From the IMG/VR virus record IMGVR_UViG_3300020371_000002: a stretch of DNA of 64,000 bases; one strand, given 5' to 3'. This document shows positions 28,886 to 37,160 of this stretch, one piece after another. Numbering within the stretch: the stretch's first letter is position 1; the number at the start of each line of letters is the position of its first letter. Both the position numbers and the translations under genes were made by a program. This stretch comes from a virus (taxonomy: Duplodnaviria > Caudoviricetes). A model generated the notes under the pieces. That model had not been told where the DNA came from and ran no database searches. It saw nothing but the letters and a program-made list of their open reading frames with translations.

Positions 28886-29282
28886 AATTTCTCAAAATTG
28901 TTTGAATGACTTTTGTAGAAGAATATCCGCCGACTCTTGGTAAGTGTCGAACTTCCTTTGCAAAGTCTGCTCCAACAACATCACCATTCTTCCAGTCTCC
29001 TCCCAAAAGAAGAATATCTGGACTATACATTTCGATCAAATCTTCTAATTCTTTCCTACTATTAAAATAGTGTACAGTATCTATGTAACGAATAGATTGT
29101 AACATTGACATCCTATAGCATAAATCATTAATAGGCTTAGAGGGACCTTTGTCGTTCCTAATCTTTTCGTCCGTATCTGTCGCTACAATAAGTTTATCTC
29201 CTAGAGAAGCACCGACTTTAAACAATTCAATATGCCCTGGGTGCAAAATATCAAATGTTCCGTTAGTAAAAACAATCTTCAC
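28878..29282 (-). CDS. hldC: Heptose-1-phosphate nucleotidyltransferase (HldC / HldE domain II)
   Basis: IVFTNGTFDILHPGH, KGPSKPIN, GGDW, GGYSST; GTG start overlapping the upstream stop (GTGA). Confidence 0.88.
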   Translation of the reverse strand: MKIVFTNGTFDILHPGHIELFKVGASLGDKLIVATDTDEKIRNDKGPSKPINDLCYRMSMLQSIRYIDTVHYFNSRKELEDLIEMYSPDILLLGGDWKNGDVVGADFAKEVRHLPRVGGYSSTKVIQTILRNYE

Positions 29283-30082
29283 TTAGGTTCTCCGTACTGT
29301 CCATATTTTAAAAATTTCTGATACTCACTATGATTCACTGGTAAGAAAGTTCCTGGGCCACCTAAGAAGATGAAGAACATTTGAACCAATCTCCAAGTAT
29401 CTCCAGTAAACATTCCAGGTTTAATATAACCTGTATGGAGAATGTTTGCAGGATACATTACAAACCTATTATACTTCATTTCGGCAAGATGTATCAGTTC
29501 CCACTCCTCCTCACTATCTGTAATATAATTATCGTAATAGGGGTACTTATTTTTCTTCTTTAACCAGTTATCTATTTTATCTGGATTGCCCAGTTGATCA
29601 CCTTCTAAGGTATAAAATGATGTGCCACCTGCACATTCTTCATCCTTATTAAGATATACAGTTGCAGCATATAACATCCCACCATCATCATCCACATGGG
29701 GGACAATAGGTTTTAGATTTTCTGATTGAGTCACATTGACACAGAATGTCAATCCCTTAATGGAATCTTCTACCCTAGCAGGAGTAATTTTTTTCTCCTT
29801 CATGTGATCTCCATAAACACTACCAAAAATGTTAGTAAAGAATGGAGTTAATGATGAGAAATCATAGTATGCATCTACCCTGTGGCCAGGCGCCCCTGCC
29901 AAAATAATTGGATTATTCGTACATGGAATCTGTAAGGCCAGATCTCTAACCATTTCTGGGTTCTTGTAGAAGTTATCAATAGTGACAATTTTGGATTTCT
30001 CTGGTCCAATTGTATGAACACTTGCTTCTAGATCATCACCCAAAGCAAATACTTCATGTTCATCAATAAAAGCTTTTTTCAT
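29279..30082 (-). CDS. DUF6445-like putative 2OG-Fe(II) oxygenase, copy 2
   Basis: IDNFYKNPEMVRDLAL, PHVD, VYLN...GGTSFY, KYNRFVMYPANILH. Confidence 0.78.
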   Translation of the reverse strand: MKKAFIDEHEVFALGDDLEASVHTIGPEKSKIVTIDNFYKNPEMVRDLALQIPCTNNPIILAGAPGHRVDAYYDFSSLTPFFTNIFGSVYGDHMKEKKITPARVEDSIKGLTFCVNVTQSENLKPIVPHVDDDGGMLYAATVYLNKDEECAGGTSFYTLEGDQLGNPDKIDNWLKKKNKYPYYDNYITDSEEEWELIHLAEMKYNRFVMYPANILHTGYIKPGMFTGDTWRLVQMFFIFLGGPGTFLPVNHSEYQKFLKYGQYGEPK

Positions 30083-30813
30083 GGATCTAACGCAACGAAC
30101 ATCATTTGAATTAATCTATAGAGATCACCAGTAAACATATCTGGTTTCATATAAGCAGTATGTACTACATTGCCTGGATACATTACCAGACGATTATATT
30201 TCATTTCTGCAACACTGAGTAATTCCCAATCAGGAACATTATCAGTGTCTGTAATATAATGATCCCAGAATTTTTCTTTACCTTTTGATTTTAACCACTG
30301 ACCAATATCTTCATTGGTAATGGATTGTTTACCATTTAACATATAGAACGAAGTCCCGCCCTGGCACTCCTCAGGCGTGTTTAAATAGATTCCCGCAGCA
30401 AATAACATAGAATCCCTATCATCGATGTGTGGGGTCACTGGCGGTAGGTTTACGGACTGATTAATGTTGACACAGAAGGGAGTTGTACGAACTGACTCAT
30501 AAATTTGGTCATCACTAACATTCTCTGTCAAATCCCCATATACAGTCCTAAACAAGTGTCTAAAAATAGGATATAAAGATTCGAAATCATAATGACCAAA
30601 CACTCTAGTGCCAGGAGTTCCTGCCATTATCTTTGCATTCTCTGTCGGAGGAATACTTAAAGTAAGATCTCTAACCATGTCTGGATTCTTGTAGAAGTTA
30701 TCAACAACAACTACACGAACTTCTTCTGGTCCAATAACATGAACACAAGCTTCCAGATTTGGATTTACTTCAAAGACTTCTTTTTCATTAATAAAGGGTA
30801 TATTCATTTCCAA
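30079..30813 (-). CDS. DUF6445-like putative 2OG-Fe(II) oxygenase, copy 1
   Basis: VDNFYKNPDMVRDLTL, PHID, IYLN...GGTSFY, KYNRLVMYPGNVVH; clear paralogue of the adjacent gene. Confidence 0.78.
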   Translation of the reverse strand: MEMNIPFINEKEVFEVNPNLEACVHVIGPEEVRVVVVDNFYKNPDMVRDLTLSIPPTENAKIMAGTPGTRVFGHYDFESLYPIFRHLFRTVYGDLTENVSDDQIYESVRTTPFCVNINQSVNLPPVTPHIDDRDSMLFAAGIYLNTPEECQGGTSFYMLNGKQSITNEDIGQWLKSKGKEKFWDHYITDTDNVPDWELLSVAEMKYNRLVMYPGNVVHTAYMKPDMFTGDLYRLIQMMFVALDP

Positions 30814-32321
30814 GGATTAACCGCTTTTTCTGTAAGATAATTTAAAGATGCAAAGTTATCTACTACTTTCTCAGCGACAGGAAGATAATCATATTTACCA
30901 ACTTCATTATCAAGGAATCTTTGTAAAAGTTCTCTAGAAAATTGTGGTGGCAGATCTATGTCTTTACTGCAAACTGGATAATCCAATTGTTTCAACCAAC
31001 AGAACCAATTTGCACCTGAGAACATTTCTTTACCTACATCATTGATACTCTTAGCTGCATACGCAAAGTCATTTGCATACCATTCCAGAGTTGGTGAAGA
31101 TTTATAATTCTGTTTAACCCATAACCAGAACTTACCTTCTTGTTTTGGTCTAGAATAATGCATATTCACAAAGTCAATAGAATTCTCATAGAATGCCTTC
31201 ATGTTTGCATTATACAAATCAATATCATGTTGATCGTAATTACGAGTCTTAATTCTCCTCAAAAACTCCCAAGCGCCTGCTGAGATGAGTCCAATACCTG
31301 TACTCTCCAGTGGTTCAATAAATCCACCCGATAACCCAATATTAACAACATTCTTCTCCCAGAAATTGCGAATGTAAAAAGGAGTCCAATCTAAAACTTT
31401 AAGACTGCCCTTTTCCAATCTTTGATCCCAATATTCAATAAAGAAATCTGCAGCTTCATCTATAGGAGTAACACTTCTATTGAATACTAAACCTGTTCCA
31501 TACCTTTTACTTGTAGGAATTTTCCAAATCCATCCATGTTCTACAGCATCACATGCAGTATATGGTTTTAATTCCTTAGTTCTATCAATGTATGGAACAT
31601 GACCAGCAACGGCAGTATCACAGAAAAGTCTATCAGTGAGATCTACTCTATCTTTATCTTCTCTAAGTAAACCTTTAAATCCAGTGCAGTCTACGAAAAA
31701 ATCTGCTTCATGACAATCACCATTAGCAAGACTTAAAGAATGGATATATCCATCCTGAGTTCTATTGACAGACATAACATCAGCTTCTATAAAGTTAATT
31801 CTGTCAGAAATCTTTCCTTTAATGAATTTTACAAGAAGAGAAGCATCAATATGTTGTGCATAGATTTTTAAATTATCAGGATCTATTTTATTATCTCTAA
31901 CTGCTGCATTGTAATGAATTTCACAATCAGTCTTTTTGTTAGGAAAATGTTCTTGATTCTGTGACCACAATTCATGTATTGTAATATCTGATCCTGGGAA
32001 AATACCAAGACTATCCAAATTAGGGAATGCAAAGGGATGCCAAATATCTTCACCTTCGCCTTTCCAATTTTCAAAAAGAATACCACCTTTAAAAGTAGAT
32101 GTTACCTCACGAAACCATTCTCGGAGTGGAAATCCACAATCATCCATGAATGCTTTAAAACTAAGGATGGTTGCTTCACCAACTCCAACAGGATTACCAC
32201 CATCAGTTTTATCGATAAGACTAATAGTAGTATCCTTGGTAATATTATTTAAAAGTAAAGCGGCAGTCATCCATGCGGAAGTGCCACCTCCCACAATGGT
32301 AATTCTTTTTGCATCTCTCAT
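30804..32321 (-). CDS. Flavin-dependent halogenase (tryptophan halogenase PrnA / VirX1-like)
   Basis: IVGGGTSAW, VGVGEAT, FKGGILFENW (catalytic Lys position), FFVDCTGF, GWIWKIP (WxWxIP), FIEPLESTG. Confidence 0.92.
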   Translation of the reverse strand: MRDAKRITIVGGGTSAWMTAALLLNNITKDTTISLIDKTDGGNPVGVGEATILSFKAFMDDCGFPLREWFREVTSTFKGGILFENWKGEGEDIWHPFAFPNLDSLGIFPGSDITIHELWSQNQEHFPNKKTDCEIHYNAAVRDNKIDPDNLKIYAQHIDASLLVKFIKGKISDRINFIEADVMSVNRTQDGYIHSLSLANGDCHEADFFVDCTGFKGLLREDKDRVDLTDRLFCDTAVAGHVPYIDRTKELKPYTACDAVEHGWIWKIPTSKRYGTGLVFNRSVTPIDEAADFFIEYWDQRLEKGSLKVLDWTPFYIRNFWEKNVVNIGLSGGFIEPLESTGIGLISAGAWEFLRRIKTRNYDQHDIDLYNANMKAFYENSIDFVNMHYSRPKQEGKFWLWVKQNYKSSPTLEWYANDFAYAAKSINDVGKEMFSGANWFCWLKQLDYPVCSKDIDLPPQFSRELLQRFLDNEVGKYDYLPVAEKVVDNFASLNYLTEKAVNPWK

Positions 32322-34168
32322 TGATTAGGGACCTCAATCATTAACTTATACTCGGGAAGATATAGATATTCAATATCACTTTCTACAAGAGTTCGAACAG
32401 CATCGTGCAAATCTTCTACTAATGGTTCTCCTCCAAGATTGAAAGAGGTATTAAAGATGATTGGGCATCCAGTTTTGTTATAGAACTCAGTAATTAGTTC
32501 GTGGTAATGTTTGTTTTGATCTTCAGTAACGGTCTGAATTCTACATGTATCATCAACGTGAATGATGGCAGGAATCTTTTCTTTAATTCCTTCCTGACAC
32601 TTGACTGCATACATCATGAAAGGAGTTTCATCCATTCCACGAAGATCGAACCATTCATGAACATGTTCTTTTAGAATAGAACCAGCAAAAGGTCTGAAGT
32701 ATTCACGACGTTTTACCGTATTTACAAAGTCCTTTCCATCGGGATCACGAGGGTCATAGACAAGAGAACGATTACCTAATGCACGAGGACCCGCTTCGGA
32801 CTTACCCTGCCAGACTGCGACAATATTTTTATCAGTAATTAACTCAACAACATCTGCATCATTAGCTTCAAATACTCTATTCGCACCTGCCTGATCCGCA
32901 ATATCGACAATTTCACTACGAGTGTGATTATATTCAAATCCAGTATAAAGGTCGTGAAGAGGACCTTTGATTCTAGTATCGGTTGGATTTAATCTATGAT
33001 GCATCAACATTGCAGCACCAAGTGCAGTACCTGCATCATTACTTACAGGTTCAACAAACAGATTGATACCTTCACCTTCCAATTGTTCAAGATACCAATA
33101 GTTTGCAACACAATTCAATGCATATCCACCCGACAGAACTACGTTCTTCTTACCACTAATCTTTACAGCATATCGAATCAAATCAAGAACCATTGCTTGA
33201 GATTGCGTCTGAATTGCATACGCAAAATCTCTACGATTATCAAGTTCTGTTAGATCATATTGTTTGTTCTGTGCTTTCTCATAGAGTTCGTAATCCGTTC
33301 TAAGGAATGGAAATCTACCCTCATTGACGAACGCGCCGTTGGGGTAATTTGGAGAAATCACATCTCTATTAGTGGTCTTCCAATCAGAAGTACCATTAAC
33401 GTCACCATAGATTGCAGGAATCTTATCATTGGGTTTTCCATATGGGAAAAGACCCATGGTCTTACCAGCCTCAATGGGTTGGAAACCACAGTAAGAAGTT
33501 GCAGCCTCATATGCCTTAACAATACCTGCACTATCATCAAGAACTAACTCGTAAGTAGAACCAGGTTCCCCTTCTTCAGTAGCATCAAACTCAGGGAACC
33601 TATGAGAAATGTATGGTCCTCTACCACCCAAATGTTTATAGAGTGTCTTGAATTCGTGAGGATAACCACAATCAAAGATTGATTCTAATTCCCACACAGT
33701 TTCATTACGACCATTCATATTCATAGGAATGAATGTTCCTGCACCATCAACAATAAGTGCAACAGCATCTTCAAAACCAGAACGGTAGAAGGCACATGCC
33801 GCATGAAGTTTATGGTGGTTTCTACTCAGGTCAATAACCTGGGGATGACCTGGGTGCAGTTCTGCCTTTCTATCGATGAGACCTAATTTTCGGGCAAGAC
33901 CTGTATAAACATCATCCCCAGTGAAATCAATATGTCCAGCAGCACCTGTATGCCCTGGTGTTTCTCTGAGAGGTTGAGTATGTGCAATGACTAGGTAATC
34001 TAATCGATCCGTATACTCTTTAATTTTCATCATGGCAGCAAATGGGCCGCCATCGTATTTCTGTCTAGATAGTCTCTCTTCCTCTACAGAAAAGATAACT
34101 TCCCCATCTTTGAGGAGACAAATACCGCCATTGTGGCCTCTAGTGAGACCTGCAATCCATTGTGCCAT
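32318..34168 (-). CDS. Carbamoyltransferase (NodU/CmcH/TobZ family)
   Basis: VEEERLSRQK, HHKLHAACAF, DGAG, SGGYALNCVAN, NDAGTALGAA, EAGPRALGNRS, KRREYFRPFA, NTSFNLGGEPLV. Confidence 0.93.
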   Translation of the reverse strand: MAQWIAGLTRGHNGGICLLKDGEVIFSVEEERLSRQKYDGGPFAAMMKIKEYTDRLDYLVIAHTQPLRETPGHTGAAGHIDFTGDDVYTGLARKLGLIDRKAELHPGHPQVIDLSRNHHKLHAACAFYRSGFEDAVALIVDGAGTFIPMNMNGRNETVWELESIFDCGYPHEFKTLYKHLGGRGPYISHRFPEFDATEEGEPGSTYELVLDDSAGIVKAYEAATSYCGFQPIEAGKTMGLFPYGKPNDKIPAIYGDVNGTSDWKTTNRDVISPNYPNGAFVNEGRFPFLRTDYELYEKAQNKQYDLTELDNRRDFAYAIQTQSQAMVLDLIRYAVKISGKKNVVLSGGYALNCVANYWYLEQLEGEGINLFVEPVSNDAGTALGAAMLMHHRLNPTDTRIKGPLHDLYTGFEYNHTRSEIVDIADQAGANRVFEANDADVVELITDKNIVAVWQGKSEAGPRALGNRSLVYDPRDPDGKDFVNTVKRREYFRPFAGSILKEHVHEWFDLRGMDETPFMMYAVKCQEGIKEKIPAIIHVDDTCRIQTVTEDQNKHYHELITEFYNKTGCPIIFNTSFNLGGEPLVEDLHDAVRTLVESDIEYLYLPEYKLMIEVPNQ

Positions 34169-34181
34169 AACAAACTCCTAA

Positions 34182-35312
34182 TTACTTCGAAGACTTGAGA
34201 AGGTTCTCAACTTCGGATTTAAACCCCTTATTTGGTTTTACTGCTGTAGATGGAATTTTCAACTTGGTGGGTTCCATGGTTGAAAACTGTAAATTATTCT
34301 GAACAGGTGTAGGTGCAGCACACTGTTGACCTTCATTCTGTGTCAGTTGTTCTAAACTTGGACCAGTATACTTAACTGATTTGCCAAGTCTCTTTCTCGC
34401 AGAAGTAATAACTTCTCTTACTTGTGCATCAGACATTTCACATGCCTGATCATTATATCTAGTACGTTCTTCATCCATCGTAATTCTGATTGGATCGTAC
34501 TTTCTTCTACCTTCACCAACATCAACAATATCAAAATCCTTGAAGTCTGGATACGAAATGTTAATTGGGAATGTAGAACCAATAACAACAGTTGCTGTTT
34601 TCTTTAATGCTTTTGCGATGTGTTGTCCTACACTATCACAACCAATAAAATGATCAGCACCATCAATAACTCCAGCCCAAATTCGAATGTCTTCGATTTG
34701 TGGACGAGCGACTTTGTGTTTTGCCTTTTCTTCATTTTCTTCAACTGGGAAGTGAATTTCACTCATGATAGCAACAGCATAATCTTTTTTAAGATCATTG
34801 ATGATATCAACTGTATTGACCATGTTCATACTTCGTGAACCAGGATCAACAACAAAATCCCCCACACTGGTAACTCCTCTACCAAAAGGTTGAATAATAA
34901 CAACCTTTTCTTTACCAGTTCCTGCTTTAATTTCTGTAAGAATATTTTGTGCCGTTACAACTTCCATCTTCGAAAGATGGATACTTGGATCTTGCAGTTC
35001 TCTGGGTTCATCAAGCTCATTGATAATGATATCAAAAGCCTGTGCAAGATTACATTTTTGATTATAGTAGTGCCAACATCTGTAGGGTTCTGGACTTACG
35101 AGATCCCTATGAATCAAATGTTCTTCGAATAAATTTTTGTGCCAGGAATCATAACACTTGTTATGAAGAACTGGGTGTCCTTTATAAAAATCTGTGCCCG
35201 CCTCACAAACGATAACAAAATCGTCGTGGGTTTCGGCGTATTTTTCCAATGCTGGGATAGAAGACAGGACTCTTCCTGCTCCACCATTAATAAAGAATGC
35301 TTTAGGTCTCAT
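34182..35312 (-). CDS. GT-B glycosyltransferase, GT9 (heptosyltransferase)-like
   Basis: N-terminal GGAGR..SSIPAL (cf. GT9 xxGD...PAL), VIIQPFG, and FIGCDSVGQHIAKALKKTATVVIGSTFP matching the GT9 signature IGxDSGxxHxAxAxxxPxVxxFGxTxP. Confidence 0.65.
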   Translation of the reverse strand: MRPKAFFINGGAGRVLSSIPALEKYAETHDDFVIVCEAGTDFYKGHPVLHNKCYDSWHKNLFEEHLIHRDLVSPEPYRCWHYYNQKCNLAQAFDIIINELDEPRELQDPSIHLSKMEVVTAQNILTEIKAGTGKEKVVIIQPFGRGVTSVGDFVVDPGSRSMNMVNTVDIINDLKKDYAVAIMSEIHFPVEENEEKAKHKVARPQIEDIRIWAGVIDGADHFIGCDSVGQHIAKALKKTATVVIGSTFPINISYPDFKDFDIVDVGEGRRKYDPIRITMDEERTRYNDQACEMSDAQVREVITSARKRLGKSVKYTGPSLEQLTQNEGQQCAAPTPVQNNLQFSTMEPTKLKIPSTAVKPNKGFKSEVENLLKSSK

Positions 35313-35333
35313 GTCAAAGATTCAATTTGAAAG

Positions 35334-35341
35334 TATTTAGG
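35334..35341 (-). promoter_or_regulatory. Late promoter (CCTAAATA) heading the tailoring operon
   Basis: 21 nt upstream of the GT9-like ATG; same NNTAAATA class as the structural-gene promoters. Confidence 0.65.
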
Positions 35342-35364
35342 GGTCTTTTCAGACCCCCTTTTTT
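35340..35364 (+). terminator. GC-rich hairpin with its T-tract on the plus-strand side
   Basis: Plus strand GGGGTCT-TTTC-AGACCCC-C-T6. On the minus strand it is a GAAA-loop hairpin with no U-tract. Confidence 0.5.
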
Positions 35365-35372
35365 ATACTATA

Positions 35373-36242
35373 TCAAAGACCAGGATTCTGATCTTCTGTT
35401 GGTTTTGCACGTTCCATTTGTGCCAAACCTTCTGCAACTGCACGAGCTTCCTTCTCTTTCTTACGAGCTTTAGCTGAGGCAGTCATAGTCTCGTATCTAG
35501 AAGATTCCGAGTCAGGATGGACAGGTGCCATCATAGCAGCGACTGCGGGAGGAATGCCCTGCTCTGTAACCAGAGTAGGCCAATCTCTCAACTTCTGTCT
35601 ATAAGATGTCCAAGTTTCTACCATTGCAGTAGGCATATCGGAAGAAATTTGACCGTCACTGTTGGTCAACATGGTGTTTCTGGTTTCTCTAATATCTTCT
35701 ACACCGAACCAGTCATCATTTGCTTCACCAAGAATAACTTCATTAACGCTCATCATTCTTGCGGTTGGAACACCATCAACAACTCTTACTGAGTCCATAT
35801 CCCAGATAAACTTGGGAAGGATGGGAAGACTGTATTGGAATCTCTCATATCCTTCCAGTGCAGGAGATTGTGGGTGGTTTGCAACAGATCCTGCTGCATC
35901 TCCAGTCTGAGGATTAAGAGTTTCGTTGTCTGGAAGAACTGGACCAGAGAACTCTTGAGATTCGTTGACGATAGGTCCTCTCAGTTGACAGATCAGAGGA
36001 TACTCTGTGCAGTCAACTTCGAAAAATTCTGTGCAATCTGCAGGAAGAGGACGGCCATCAGCCTTATCATCTTCTGTCAGTGGACCATACTTTTCATATC
36101 CATCGGCACCAATTTGAAGATAGATCTTATCGGGTCCGTGATATGTATACTTACGGGACTTAAGTTGTGCCCTATTGTGATCTACCATGTACTCGTCGGG
36201 GAGTGGTAGATCAAATTCTACTTTAATAATTTGTGTTGCCAT
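35373..36242 (-). CDS. Putative fibre assembly chaperone with an extended N-terminal domain
   Basis: C-terminal IRETRNTMLTNSD...WTSYRQKLRDWP is the phage tail assembly chaperone signature; follows the three Cys-rich genes. Confidence 0.7.
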   Translation of the reverse strand: MATQIIKVEFDLPLPDEYMVDHNRAQLKSRKYTYHGPDKIYLQIGADGYEKYGPLTEDDKADGRPLPADCTEFFEVDCTEYPLICQLRGPIVNESQEFSGPVLPDNETLNPQTGDAAGSVANHPQSPALEGYERFQYSLPILPKFIWDMDSVRVVDGVPTARMMSVNEVILGEANDDWFGVEDIRETRNTMLTNSDGQISSDMPTAMVETWTSYRQKLRDWPTLVTEQGIPPAVAAMMAPVHPDSESSRYETMTASAKARKKEKEARAVAEGLAQMERAKPTEDQNPGL

Positions 36243-36278
36243 AACGGTTTCTTTGTGCGAGTAAACATCTCTCGATAT

Positions 36279-36286
36279 TATTTATA
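36279..36286 (-). promoter_or_regulatory. Late promoter (TATAAATA)
   Basis: Exact consensus between the terminator and the chaperone gene. Confidence 0.8.
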
Positions 36287-36297
36287 AATTTTTCCAT

Positions 36298-36324
36298 AAA
36301 AAAAGGGGTGGTTTTACCCACCCC
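36298..36324 (-). terminator. Intrinsic terminator after the Cys-rich triplet
   Basis: Minus strand GGGGTGG-loop-CCACCCC followed by T7. Confidence 0.85.
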
Positions 36325-36346
36325 AACAAATAAATTTTTGAAATTC

Positions 36347-37129
36347 TTAGACGTAAGTAATCTTAACGATACCAGTACCACCCGTTCCACCAGTTCCATT
36401 GTCCCAGTTACCGCAATATGTGGTCATACCACCTTGTCCGCCATTTGCGAATGGAACAGTCCAACAACCGCATCTGTTCCAGCATTCGTGTAACTGATAT
36501 TGGACTTCACCACCGATAAATGGAGCAGAGAATGGTTGAGAACCTGTACACTGACAATGGCAGTGATATGCGTGAGAACCAAATTCACCAGCGTGTGCTC
36601 CCATCATGAAGTCAGAACCTTGATCATTAGGTCCTTTACAACATGTAAATACTGAGTTACATGCAGTGTTCCAAGAAGTGTTTGCCTCACCTCTGTGACC
36701 ACCAGTTGCACAGAAATTACTCAAGTTGTATCCATTAACGTAAGAAGCACATCCGTAACACCCTACGCACTCATAAGAACAACAGGGATAAACACCTGCG
36801 GCACAAATGGTATACTGACAACCAGGAGCAGTAGTAATAGTTTTATTTGCATAATATCCACCACCAGCACCTCTGTAGTGATGACAACGGTTCCAGGAAC
36901 AATGCCCGTGTCCGTTTCCACCCGATCCCCAAAGTTCAAATGTGACTCGTCTTACACCGTTGGGTACGGTCCAAAGACAGCAGCATCCACCAGAAGCAGA
37001 CGACATACTTCCGTAGACCCACTGAATATTCCAAGTATTCAGAGCATTAGAGTTGATTTTTGCATCGGTGATTACACCATCGGGAAGTGCTGCACCATCA
37101 ACCTTTTTGTAATCTGTATAATTTGCCAT
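36347..37129 (-). CDS. Cys-rich glycine-rich virion (fibre-tip-like) protein, paralogue 3
   Basis: 260 aa, 23 Cys. WTVPxGVxxxxFExWGxGGxG ... GGxGIVKITY glycine-rich fibre-tip scaffold. Confidence 0.75.
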   Translation of the reverse strand: MANYTDYKKVDGAALPDGVITDAKINSNALNTWNIQWVYGSMSSASGGCCCLWTVPNGVRRVTFELWGSGGNGHGHCSWNRCHHYRGAGGGYYANKTITTAPGCQYTICAAGVYPCCSYECVGCYGCASYVNGYNLSNFCATGGHRGEANTSWNTACNSVFTCCKGPNDQGSDFMMGAHAGEFGSHAYHCHCQCTGSQPFSAPFIGGEVQYQLHECWNRCGCWTVPFANGGQGGMTTYCGNWDNGTGGTGGTGIVKITYV

Positions 37130-37152
37130 GGGTGTAAGAATCCTACGTTAAG

Positions 37153-37160
37153 TATTTATC
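37153..37160 (-). promoter_or_regulatory. Late promoter (GATAAATA) for paralogue 3
   Basis: Overlaps the TGA stop of paralogue 2. Confidence 0.55.
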
